From contig JAAYTW010000097.1 of the NCBI GenBank assembly GCA_012517955.1, positions 1-43,319 on the forward strand: a DNA stretch of 43,319 nucleotides, given 5' to 3'. A program made the position numbers and the translations under genes. The stretch is from Candidatus Zixiibacteriota bacterium (GTDB taxonomy: Bacteria > Zixibacteria > MSB-5A5 > UBA10806 > 4484-95). Positions 1-8,503 of this stretch are shown piece by piece. The first letter of the stretch is position 1. Each line of letters opens with the position of its first letter. The notes beneath the pieces are model-generated. The model was not told where the DNA came from, ran no database searches, and saw nothing but the letters and a program-made list of their open reading frames with translations.

Positions 1-917
1 AATCGGAATCGAAGCTATTGGTTCCGAAAACAAAAGGACCGGCGGCGTTTTTGGCTATTTCGCGCGGATGCGAGAATTTTTGCTCGTATTGTATTGTGCC
101 TTATGTGAGGGGAGCGTTTCGATCGCGTCCGGCCAAAAGTATATTAAAACAGGCGGCGGCCTTGACGGAATCCGGAGTTAAGGATATCACGCTTCTGGGA
201 CAGAACGTCAATTCGTACCGAGACGGTGATATGGATTTCCCGGCTTTGTTGAAAGCAATCGCGCCCGTTGGACCGCCACGACTCCGATTTTTAACATCCC
301 ACCCGAAAGATTTATCGGATAGATTGATTGAATGCATGGCGGAAGTTAAATCGATTTGCCATTCCCTTCATTTGCCGCTGCAATCGGGTTCCGATAAGAT
401 TTTGGCGGCGATGAATCGCGGATACACTTATGAATATTACCACGGGATTGTCGAGAAACTACGCCGTATCATGCCTGATATAACGCTCACCACCGACCTG
501 ATAGTCGGTTTTCCCGGCGAAACGGCCGATGATTTCGAGCAGACGCTGGCGGCGGTGCGCTCTATCGAATACGATGCTGCTTTCATGTTCCGTTATTCGG
601 TAAGGCCGGGCACAGCCGCCGCGGCTATTTATGACGATGTCCCTGAACCGGAAAAAATCGAGCGGTTGAATAGGCTGATAGCGATTCAGCAAACAATATC
701 CGAAAGGCGCAATGCCCGCTGGGTAGGACGGAAACTGGAAATTCTGATTGACAGTTTCAGCCGCCGGCAGCCGACGATGGCCAAAGGAAAAACGCGCGGC
801 GGAATATCGGTTCTAATCGCCAATCGGCCCGATTTGCGTATCGGCGATATGGTAACCGCGACAATCGTGTCCTCCCGCGCCAAAACCCTTATCGCCGATT
901 TCGAAAATTTCGCATAA
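1..917 (+). CDS. miaB: tRNA-2-methylthio-N6-dimethylallyladenosine synthase MiaB, 5'-truncated by the window edge
   Basis: The frame is open from nt 3, so the TTG listed at 18 is internal. Radical-SAM box GCENFCSYCIVPYVRG, plus LHLPLQSGS, GFPGET and FMFRYSVRPGTAA, followed by a C-terminal TRAM-like segment. Stop at 915-917. Confidence 0.9.
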   Translation, partial: SESKLLVPKTKGPAAFLAISRGCENFCSYCIVPYVRGAFRSRPAKSILKQAAALTESGVKDITLLGQNVNSYRDGDMDFPALLKAIAPVGPPRLRFLTSHPKDLSDRLIECMAEVKSICHSLHLPLQSGSDKILAAMNRGYTYEYYHGIVEKLRRIMPDITLTTDLIVGFPGETADDFEQTLAAVRSIEYDAAFMFRYSVRPGTAAAAIYDDVPEPEKIERLNRLIAIQQTISERRNARWVGRKLEILIDSFSRRQPTMAKGKTRGGISVLIANRPDLRIGDMVTATIVSSRAKTLIADFENFA

Positions 918-921
918 TACC

Positions 922-950
922 TTGACAATTTTGCCGTTTTCGCCAATAAT
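922..950 (+). promoter_or_regulatory. sigma70-like promoter for the sensor gene (TTGACA-17-AATAAT)
   Basis: TTGACA at 922-927, 17-nt spacer, AATAAT at 945-950. The ATG at 959 lies only 8 nt downstream and has no Shine-Dalgarno. Confidence 0.45.
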
Positions 951-958
951 GGCTATGT

Positions 959-3157
959 ATGGCTACTGGTTTTTTGTTACTGGCACTGGCCGTAATTGCC
1001 ATCATAGTATCAACCCGCTTAAGCCTGAATGGTTTTGGCCGTATCGGCTGGGTATGGTTTGGCGCGACTTTAATGTCGCTGGCGGCTTTGGGGACCTTTT
1101 GGGCGCGCGGCGAAATGTTGATAATCGCCGAAATCGGATTCGTGATAGGATTCGCGGTTTTCGCGGCGGTAACCATAAGCCAAGCGTCTCGAGCCAAAAA
1201 CGGCAATTCGCGTAATACCGAAGAAATTCAATCCAAAGCGGTCAGCGATATATTGCATGTAGCTGCCACACGCGATAGTCTTATTGAACTGCTCAATTAT
1301 TCACTGGATCGTTTTCTGGAAATAATGTCGCTGAATTCCGGCGCTATCCATATCCATCACGCGGCTCGCAATACCCTGGTCATGGGAGCGTACCGAGGAT
1401 TATCGCCGCTTTACGCGAACAAACTGGAATTGATACGGCCCGGACAAACGGCAATCGGGCGCGCTTTGCAAAATCGGCGCGTATTGATAATCCGCGACTT
1501 GCGGGTAAGCCCCGACTATGAATTTTTCGGCGGTAAAGCGGAGGGATATTCGTTTCTGGCCGTCGCCCCTATCATGGTCGAAAACGACTGCTGGGGAGTA
1601 ATCACGATAATCGGGCGAAAACGATATGAACGCGGGATGTTGGATATCGCTTTGCTTGAACAATTCGGCCGCCAGCTTGGACAAGCATTGCAGTTGGGCA
1701 AACAAAATCGGGCGATGGCGGCATCGTATGCCAAACAACGAGCCATAATCGATATATATGAGGATTTGCTGGGGAATATCGACAGCAGTATCAGCGAAAA
1801 GCGATTTCAAGAGGCAATCAATCGCAACCGCGGGAAATTGTTTGATGGGAAATCGTTTTGGCTTCTAAAAGTATCGGGAGGAATGTTTCAGCTGATAGCC
1901 GGGCCTCAGAAACGCGGTTCGGAATATGTTGGCGGCCTACAGATGGGGCAATTAAGTATGCCCCTTTTTCTCTATCAGACGAAACCGCGCCAACTGTTCG
2001 ATATTTCCGATATCGAATTCAAACAGATATTGCCGGGCGAATCGCCCGAAAGCCGGATTTTAAGCGGTTGCGGGTTCGGTTGGAAAGGCAAGCTTATCGG
2101 AGCGGCCATAATCGATGATAAAAAGGAAAATATCTTGCGAGATTATTCGGCGGAGCTGGCGATGCTAAGCAACCTGGTAAGGCTCGTTAATCATTTCGAA
2201 TCGTGGTCAGATTCCGATAAAAACGGCTATCGGCGCGAGTTTAACGGATTGGCGCGCGAATTAGACGACTTGTTCGAGGGGATTTCAGGCCACGTACAGC
2301 TTCTAATGAACGAACTCAAGAAAAAACATGACGCTGATTTTTCTTTGAATGTCGAACGCTGGCTTAAAAGTCTCGAAGATGCGGCGGGACGCGGCACCCG
2401 GATATTGGATGATATCGGCAGAGGAGTCGACGCCAATGCGATTATCCAAACAGCCGTGAAAAATAATAATCTTAATGTGGAATTCGTGCCTGATCCTTTG
2501 ATACCGCCTTTGAAAATCAACAAGGACGAATTCAAGGAAACAATCAGCGAAATATTGTCATCGGCAATATTGGATAATCGCAAACTAACGGTAAAAGCAT
2601 CGGCAAACGGCAAAATAATAGGGCTTACTATAGAAGGGGCGGTTAAGCCGGATTTCCCGTCGCCGGATTTGCTGAAAAAAGCTCGTTTGGTCAATATCGA
2701 ATTGAAAGTCGCCCCGCCTATCCTGCCGGAGCCACGCCCGTGGGAGACCGAAATCAATCCCAACGGAACCATAAACGTGGTCGTGGCCGAAAATCGCGAT
2801 ATTATCAAAAACGTCCTGGTCGATTTACTGGGTAATCTCGGCTGTAAATTTTCAGTGCGGTCGACAGGCGGCGATACTATCGCCTATATCGACGAGGCGC
2901 GCCGCCGGGGAGAGATTATCGACGCGGTTATCGCCGATACCGGACTTGAGGATATCCCCGGCTTGCAACTTTGCCGACAGATTAAAACGATTGACCCGAA
3001 AATCAAGACAATCATTATTTCCAGTTGGGGGACACATCTGCCGGGCTCGCTTTTAAATGAATCATCGGTGGATGCCGTGCTTTACAAGCCGTTTCGTCTT
3101 GAACAACTTAAACAAATCCTTCCTTTGGAAAACGCTCACGATGCGACAAGCATATGA
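959..3157 (+). CDS. Membrane-anchored GAF-domain signalling protein with a degenerate histidine-kinase core and a C-terminal response-regulator receiver domain
   Basis: 732 aa. About 3 N-terminal TM helices (aa 1-75). GAF-like segment around aa 100-245 (VLIIRDLRVSPDYEFF...FLAVAPIMVENDCWGVITII). A second GAF-like segment around aa 285-410. HisKA-like helix LARELDDLFEGISGHVQLL. REC domain aa 605-722 (VVVAENRD...AVIADTGLEDIPG...IIISSWG...LYKPF). Confidence 0.75.
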   Translation: MATGFLLLALAVIAIIVSTRLSLNGFGRIGWVWFGATLMSLAALGTFWARGEMLIIAEIGFVIGFAVFAAVTISQASRAKNGNSRNTEEIQSKAVSDILHVAATRDSLIELLNYSLDRFLEIMSLNSGAIHIHHAARNTLVMGAYRGLSPLYANKLELIRPGQTAIGRALQNRRVLIIRDLRVSPDYEFFGGKAEGYSFLAVAPIMVENDCWGVITIIGRKRYERGMLDIALLEQFGRQLGQALQLGKQNRAMAASYAKQRAIIDIYEDLLGNIDSSISEKRFQEAINRNRGKLFDGKSFWLLKVSGGMFQLIAGPQKRGSEYVGGLQMGQLSMPLFLYQTKPRQLFDISDIEFKQILPGESPESRILSGCGFGWKGKLIGAAIIDDKKENILRDYSAELAMLSNLVRLVNHFESWSDSDKNGYRREFNGLARELDDLFEGISGHVQLLMNELKKKHDADFSLNVERWLKSLEDAAGRGTRILDDIGRGVDANAIIQTAVKNNNLNVEFVPDPLIPPLKINKDEFKETISEILSSAILDNRKLTVKASANGKIIGLTIEGAVKPDFPSPDLLKKARLVNIELKVAPPILPEPRPWETEINPNGTINVVVAENRDIIKNVLVDLLGNLGCKFSVRSTGGDTIAYIDEARRRGEIIDAVIADTGLEDIPGLQLCRQIKTIDPKIKTIIISSWGTHLPGSLLNESSVDAVLYKPFRLEQLKQILPLENAHDATSI

Positions 3158-3617
3158 TTCGGAACCGTTTACTTTCCAGATGAACCTGCGAACCCGATTC
3201 ACCGAGGCCGATTTACAGGGGATGATTCATCACGCCGAATATGTGAAATACCTTGAAATAGCCCGAATAGAATACTGGCGGCAGCTGGGCATCGGTTACC
3301 GGGAGTTTTTGGCGATGGGCCTGCAATTCGTGGTGGCTGAGGTTAAATGCGCTTACCTGAAACCGGTGTATTTCGATGATGTCATCACTATCAAGGCCCG
3401 AGTCGCCCGATTGACCCGCACCAGCGTAACGTTTGAATATCTTATCGTCGACAACTCGGGGGAAACGGTGATGGTCGCCTCGACTCTACTGGTTTGTGTG
3501 CGCAACGGCCGGGGTAAACCGTATCCGATGCCGGCCGACCATTTAAATAAGCTGAAGGCGTTCGAAAAACCGGGCACGATAGAATGGAAAGCTGGAAAGG
3601 CAGCCGCTTCAGATTGA
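3141..3617 (+). CDS. Acyl-CoA thioesterase, 4HBT/YbgC-like hotdog fold
   Basis: TRFTEADLQGMIHHAEYVKYLEIARIEYW matches the YbgC/4-hydroxybenzoyl-CoA thioesterase N-terminal motif. I place the start at ATG 3141 (MRQAYDSEP...), which overlaps the sensor stop by 17 nt. The listed start at 3057 lies inside the receiver-domain coding region. Confidence 0.8.
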   Translation: MRQAYDSEPFTFQMNLRTRFTEADLQGMIHHAEYVKYLEIARIEYWRQLGIGYREFLAMGLQFVVAEVKCAYLKPVYFDDVITIKARVARLTRTSVTFEYLIVDNSGETVMVASTLLVCVRNGRGKPYPMPADHLNKLKAFEKPGTIEWKAGKAAASD

Positions 3618-3668
3618 TAACGATTATCCATCGCATAGCAAATCGAGCGGATTCCGTAAATATTGATA

Positions 3669-3696
3669 TTGACATTTTCCTAATTTTGTCTAATTT
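3669..3696 (+). promoter_or_regulatory. Candidate promoter for tRNA-Pro (TTGACA-16-TAATTT)
   Basis: TTGACA at 3669-3674, 16-nt spacer, TAATTT at 3691-3696. The mature tRNA 5' end is 9 nt after the -10 element. Confidence 0.4.
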
Positions 3697-3705
3697 GGGG
3701 ATATC

Positions 3706-3779
3706 CGGGGCGTAGCGCAGCCTGGTAGCGCACATGGTTCGGGACCATGGTGTCGGAGGTTCAAATCCTCTCGCCCCGA
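3706..3779 (+). tRNA. tRNA-Pro (anticodon CGG)
   Basis: Cloverleaf folded by hand. Acceptor CGGGGCG/CGCCCCG, D stem GCGC/GCGC, anticodon stem CATGG/CCATG with loop TTCGGGA (CGG, G37), T arm GGAGG-TTCAAAT-CCTCT, discriminator A. 74 nt, with no encoded CCA. Confidence 0.93.
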
Positions 3780-3889
3780 TTAATCCACTGACCAACTGAT
3801 TCGCGCGATTCTTCAAGAAAATAAAAACATTGCTCTATTTTCATGATTGTTATATCATAACCAGCCATTTAAAAAAGGATGAATCAATA

Positions 3890-4849
3890 ATGACGGTTTT
3901 GGATGAATTTTTCGCCGGACAAAAACTGGCGCTTTCGAAAATAATATCGCATATCGAGAACGACGGTCCGCAACTACGAGAACTTCTACCTATTTTGTAT
4001 GACAAGGCAGGCCGCGCTTATAAGGTCGGCTTGACCGGGCCGCCGGGAGCCGGTAAATCGACTCTGGTTCACAAGTTAGCCGAATTATACGCCGAAAGGA
4101 ACCACCAAGTCGGCATTATCGCTGTCGACCCCAGTTCGCCGTTTACCGAAGGAGCATTGCTTGGCGATAGAATCAGGATGCAGAATTTGGCCGCATATCC
4201 CAATATTTTTATCCGCAGCATGGCCACTCGCGGTTCTACCGGCGGGTTGGCGGCCTCCACGGGCGAGGTGGCGATGGCGATGGATGCGTTCGGCAAAGAA
4301 ACTATTTTAATCGAGACTGTCGGCGTGGGTCAGGTTGAGCTCGATATCGCCGATTCATGTGATACGACAGTGGTCGTGCTGGTGCCGGAATCAGGCGATT
4401 CGATTCAGGCCCTTAAGGCCGGCTTGATGGAAATCGCCGATATATTCGTTATCAATAAGGCTGACCGCCCGGGAGCATCCAAGATGGCATCGGAGTTATC
4501 GATAATTCTCGATTTTAAAAAACAGAAAACAGGCTGGGAATATCCAGTGGTCAAAACGGAGGCGGTCAATGAAATCGGAATCGATGAATTGAAAGACAAG
4601 ATAGCCGCCCATCGGGAATTTCTCAGCGCCGATTCGCGCAACGAATATCATCGGCGCCGCAAAATCAAAACCGAACTCTTTCATATTTTGGACAAGCGCT
4701 TAAAGGCCCATATCGCGGAACATATTTTGACCGAAGATGTTTTTAACAAATATATTGAACAAATCCGCGCGGGGGAACTAAATCCATACGACGCGGTTGA
4801 CCGAATCATAACAACATTAATGCGGGATATTGCCAACGGCCGCTTTTGA
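3890..4849 (+). CDS. meaB: MeaB/ArgK-family G3E GTPase (methylmalonyl-CoA mutase-associated metallochaperone type)
   Basis: GLTGPPGAGKSTL P-loop, AVDPSSPFTEGALLGDRIRM, FIRSMATRGSTGGLA, ETVGVGQ and NKAD motifs. Start placed at ATG 3890 (MTVLDEFF), preceded by AAGGA. The listed start at 3830 is an upstream extension. Confidence 0.88.
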   Translation: MTVLDEFFAGQKLALSKIISHIENDGPQLRELLPILYDKAGRAYKVGLTGPPGAGKSTLVHKLAELYAERNHQVGIIAVDPSSPFTEGALLGDRIRMQNLAAYPNIFIRSMATRGSTGGLAASTGEVAMAMDAFGKETILIETVGVGQVELDIADSCDTTVVVLVPESGDSIQALKAGLMEIADIFVINKADRPGASKMASELSIILDFKKQKTGWEYPVVKTEAVNEIGIDELKDKIAAHREFLSADSRNEYHRRRKIKTELFHILDKRLKAHIAEHILTEDVFNKYIEQIRAGELNPYDAVDRIITTLMRDIANGRF

Positions 4850-4886
4850 ATATTATAAACCGGCCGACCTTGAATAAAAGGATATT

Positions 4887-7463
4887 TTACAACTCACTCT
4901 TTAATTCCCGTATCAGCTCGAACGCTTCAAGGGGCGTCAGCTGGTCGAGATTAACCGCTTTCAGGCGGGCGGCCAACTTTGCTTCTTTCGGCGAAAACAG
5001 TGATATCTGGAACGAATCAGTCACCGGTTGCCGAATTTTCCGGCGCACTGTTTCAGGCGGTTGTTTGCTCTCCAATTGTTGTAAAATCTTGTTGGCTTTA
5101 TTGACTACCGCTTTGGGCAATCCAGCCAACCGCGCCACCTCTATTCCGTAAGAATCATCGCATCCTCCGGGGATAATCTTGCGCAAGAAAATAATCTTAT
5201 CCCCTGATTCTTTCACCGCCACTTGAAGATTGATTATGCCATCGCAGATATTGGCCATTTCGGTTAGTTCGTGATAATGGGTGGCAAACAAGGTGCGGCA
5301 GGAAACGGCCTTGTTTTCCCAGAGATATTCGGTAACCGCCCAGGCTAAAGATAAACCATCGTAGGTTGATGTACCCCTGCCCAGTTCATCGAGAAGTATA
5401 AGGCTTTTAGGGGTGGCATTGTTGAGGATATTGGCCGTCTCGGTCATTTCCACCATGAACGTCGATTGACCGCGCGATAATTTGTCGGCGGCGCCTACCC
5501 GCGTAAACACCCGATCGGTTAAGGCGATTTTCGCCGAATCGGCCGGAACGAACCCCCCCATCTGCGCCATCAGCACTATAAGTCCCACTTGACGAAGGTA
5601 GGTTGACTTACCGGCCATGTTCGGTCCGGTTATTATTTGAATCATCTTATCGCCGGTATTCATCAATGTGTCGTTGGGGATAAACTCTCCCGGCGGCAGC
5701 GACTTTTCCACCATCGGATGGCGTCCTGCCTTGATATCAATTACGCCATCAGGGTCATCTTGGTCGTCGGTGATTGTCGGCAATGTATAATAATTGGCAA
5801 TGGCTGCCTGCGCCAGGGAGCGAAAAAAATCTATTTCAGCCACCGCCCGCGAAGTTGCCAACACCCGCGATGATGCCTCTTTTACAATCCCTTTCAATTC
5901 GAGGAACAGCTCGGCCTCCAAAAGATTGATTTTCTCTTCGGCTTTCAGTATCAGCTCTTCCTTTTCTTTCATCTCTTGAGTGATATATCTTTCGGCGTTC
6001 ACCAGCGTTTGCTTGCGGATATATTCAGGAGGCGCCTTATCGATTTGGCCTCGGCTGATTTCGATATAGTATCCGAATACCTTGTTATAGCCGACTTTCA
6101 AATTGCTGATACCGGTGCGTTGGCGTTCTTTATCTTGGAGCGTCTTTATAAATGTCTGCGCCTCGCGGATTTCCTCTTTGAGGGTGTCGAGCTTAACCGA
6201 ATAACCGCGCTTAAAAATCCCGCCCTCAAGATAAGAGACGGGCGGATTATCGACGAGCGCGCTTTCCAGCCTGGGCAACAAATCGGGAAATTCATCGAGG
6301 TCAACAATAAGGGGCGCAAACGCCTGATACGGTTGAATCCGCTTTTTCAATTCGATTATCGAGGCGAACGACTCCTTGAGCGCCAGCAAATCGCGGGGAT
6401 TGGCTCTGCCTGCCACGAAACGCGAAAGGATTCGTTCCAGGTCGCGGATTCCGCCGAGGATTCGGCCGACATCGTCGCTTAAATTGCGGTCGTTATAAAA
6501 CGCCGATACTTTTTGTTGACGAAACAGGATTTCATTTTTGTCCGTAAGAGGAGCGATAAGTCTGTTTCGCAACAGCCTCTTCCCCATGGCGGTGCGACAA
6601 CGGTCAAGTACTCCTAGAAGCGAGAATTCCTTTTGCCCTGATGAATCCATCAGTAGTTCAAGATTGGTGATGGTAGCCTGGTCGAGAAACATTTCCTTAG
6701 CGGAAATCGCTCGTTTGAGTTTCCGCAAATGGTCGACCTGGCCGATTTTCAGCTTTTTCAGATAATCGAGAATCGCCCCGGCCGCACCAATCGCCAACGG
6801 CATATCCGAACATCCGAACCCATCGAGGGTAGCCGTACCGAAATGGTCGTTAAGCAGGCTTAAGGCCATATCGTAATCGAATTTGAACTGCTGGGTGTAA
6901 TAGGTCGGAATATGCCAGGTTTGGCCGGAATAATTATCCGGCAACAACAACTCCGACGGCTGAAAGCGGCCGATGGTCAGCTCCAGTTTTGTCAGAGGGA
7001 TTTCATCAAGCATAAACTCGCCGGTGGTATAATCCGCGAACGCGATACCGGCTTTATCATCGGCGATATTTATTGCCGCGATATAACTTCCGGCGCCGTC
7101 ATCTAAAGCCCCCTCAACCGTGATGCTGCCGGGCGTGATGATTTCGACCACATCCCGCTTGACTAAGCCTTTGGCCAGCTTTGGGTCTTCCACCTGTTCG
7201 CATACCGCCACTCCGAAGCCGGCTTTGAGTAATTTCGCCAGATATTTTTCGGCTTGATGATAAGGCACGCCGGCCAAGGGAATTTTTCCGGCCTTGCCAT
7301 GGTTTCGCGAAGTTAGGGTGATTCCTAAAATGTCGGCGGCGGTTTTGGCGTCATCGCCGAACATCTCATAAAAATCCCCCATCCGAAAAAACAGCAGTCG
7401 GTCGGGGTACTGTTTTTTAATTTCCAGATACTGTTTTAGAAGCGGTGTCGAATTATCGGTCAT
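4887..7463 (-). CDS. mutS: DNA mismatch repair protein MutS
   Basis: 858 aa. N-terminal TPLLKQYLEIKKQYPDRLLFFRMGDFYEMF, Walker A ITGPNMAGKST, and DELGRGTSTYDG...FATHYHELT. Confidence 0.97.
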   Translation of the reverse strand: MTDNSTPLLKQYLEIKKQYPDRLLFFRMGDFYEMFGDDAKTAADILGITLTSRNHGKAGKIPLAGVPYHQAEKYLAKLLKAGFGVAVCEQVEDPKLAKGLVKRDVVEIITPGSITVEGALDDGAGSYIAAINIADDKAGIAFADYTTGEFMLDEIPLTKLELTIGRFQPSELLLPDNYSGQTWHIPTYYTQQFKFDYDMALSLLNDHFGTATLDGFGCSDMPLAIGAAGAILDYLKKLKIGQVDHLRKLKRAISAKEMFLDQATITNLELLMDSSGQKEFSLLGVLDRCRTAMGKRLLRNRLIAPLTDKNEILFRQQKVSAFYNDRNLSDDVGRILGGIRDLERILSRFVAGRANPRDLLALKESFASIIELKKRIQPYQAFAPLIVDLDEFPDLLPRLESALVDNPPVSYLEGGIFKRGYSVKLDTLKEEIREAQTFIKTLQDKERQRTGISNLKVGYNKVFGYYIEISRGQIDKAPPEYIRKQTLVNAERYITQEMKEKEELILKAEEKINLLEAELFLELKGIVKEASSRVLATSRAVAEIDFFRSLAQAAIANYYTLPTITDDQDDPDGVIDIKAGRHPMVEKSLPPGEFIPNDTLMNTGDKMIQIITGPNMAGKSTYLRQVGLIVLMAQMGGFVPADSAKIALTDRVFTRVGAADKLSRGQSTFMVEMTETANILNNATPKSLILLDELGRGTSTYDGLSLAWAVTEYLWENKAVSCRTLFATHYHELTEMANICDGIINLQVAVKESGDKIIFLRKIIPGGCDDSYGIEVARLAGLPKAVVNKANKILQQLESKQPPETVRRKIRQPVTDSFQISLFSPKEAKLAARLKAVNLDQLTPLEAFELIRELKSEL

Positions 7464-7468
7464 CTAAA

Positions 7469-8503
7469 TCAACGAACCAGAAGGGTATATTTTTCGCCAG
7501 TGGCTTTTTCCAATTTCGATTTGATGTATTCAGCCTGCGATTTGGAATTGTAATCGCCGAGCAACACGCGATAAAACGTCTGTCCCTGTTTTTCGTAGCT
7601 TTCAATCAATACTTTGTAGCCGTTTTTTTTGTAAAGGGCGGCTTCATTATCGGCGTTGGCCTTTTTGGAATATGCTCCGATTTGAATGTAGTATTTATTT
7701 CCCAAGATTTTATCCATCCGTTCATCAGGATTTGCTGGAGCGGATGACGGTTGCTCACGGGTCGTAGCGCCTGATAGGGGTATTCGCGCCTCGTGAGCCG
7801 GCATAGGACCGTATTTTTCTTTATACAAATTCATGTATCGGTCGGCCTGTTGAGCTTTTTTTGCCTGGCGAGAGGTTTTGGCCAAACCCAACAGGGCCAG
7901 CGGTTCAATATCCGATTCAAATCGGGAATCTAAAATCTGATTGTATAGTTTTTCGGCGGCGGAATTCTGGCCGAGAGCGGATTTGGCCTCACCTAAGCCG
8001 AAAATCGACCAGTAATAATAATCGGTTTGAAAATCGGTTTGATTTTTATTTTTATCGGGATTGAAACGTTTTATCGCGTCCGCGAATATCTTTTCGGCCG
8101 ATTCAAAATCGCCCGAATATAAACAGCATCTTCCCGCTAAAAATGACGCCTCTGCCCCAAACGGCGATGCCGGCGGAACCGCTTCGAACATCTTCCGGGC
8201 GGTTCCCAGCAAACCCTGCGAAATATAATACTTACCGAGATGCATTCTCGCCCAATCAATCAAGTAGGGTGGCCCATCGCCGCGATTAATATAATCCTTT
8301 AAATCGGATATTGAGCTTTCGCCGTTTTCGGCGGTCAATCCCGATAACAATAGATATCCGGAAGATTCCGGAAAATGTCCATAGTTGGATTCTAAGACGG
8401 CATAAGCCTCGCCAAAACGTCCCTGAATAATCAGCTCATCTATAGACGCCGCCCGTGTAACTGTCAAAAGCCCGAAAAATAATAAAGCGACCGCGCGTAT
8501 CAT
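7469..8503 (-). CDS. Secreted TPR-repeat protein with a C-terminal SPOR (peptidoglycan-binding) domain
   Basis: Signal peptide MIRAVALLFFGLLTVTRAAS, then TPR-like helical repeats. The C-terminus YYIQIGAYSKKANADNEAALYKKNGYKVLIESYEKQGQTFYRVLLGDYNSKSQAE is a typical SPOR motif. Confidence 0.75.
   Translation of the reverse strand: MIRAVALLFFGLLTVTRAASIDELIIQGRFGEAYAVLESNYGHFPESSGYLLLSGLTAENGESSISDLKDYINRGDGPPYLIDWARMHLGKYYISQGLLGTARKMFEAVPPASPFGAEASFLAGRCCLYSGDFESAEKIFADAIKRFNPDKNKNQTDFQTDYYYWSIFGLGEAKSALGQNSAAEKLYNQILDSRFESDIEPLALLGLAKTSRQAKKAQQADRYMNLYKEKYGPMPAHEARIPLSGATTREQPSSAPANPDERMDKILGNKYYIQIGAYSKKANADNEAALYKKNGYKVLIESYEKQGQTFYRVLLGDYNSKSQAEYIKSKLEKATGEKYTLLVR

Noticed and set aside
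922-1215. 97-aa + strand ORF overlapping the start of the sensor gene
   Set aside because: It is an alternative frame of the sensor's N-terminus. The 959 frame gives clean TM helices and continues for 732 aa, whereas this frame begins inside the promoter.
2227-2808. 193-aa antisense ORF inside the sensor gene. Similar antisense ORFs lie at 1400-1810, 5976-6482, 11045-11503, 14262-14696, 18075-18533, 23572-24036, 25224-25643 and 41368-41883.
   Set aside because: These are shadow ORFs opposite well-supported conserved genes (mutS, pgsA, dxs, der, gap, pfk, atpA). Their composition is low-complexity and Ser/Arg/Ile-rich, they have no SD or promoter, and I see no motif. Such lengths are expected by chance at this base composition.
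3057-3140. Listed N-terminal extensions of several ORFs: 3057-3140, 3830-3889, 21784-21819, 26662-26721 and 32904-32918
   Set aside because: In each case a downstream ATG fits better. That ATG has a proper SD or promoter, and the family-typical N-terminus or signal peptide begins there. The extensions overlap an upstream gene or a promoter.
4837-4866. CGGCCG...CGGCCG inverted repeat at the convergent meaB/mutS junction, as a possible bidirectional terminator
   Set aside because: The stem is only 6 bp with an 18-nt loop, there is no flanking U tract on either strand, and the left arm lies inside meaB coding sequence.
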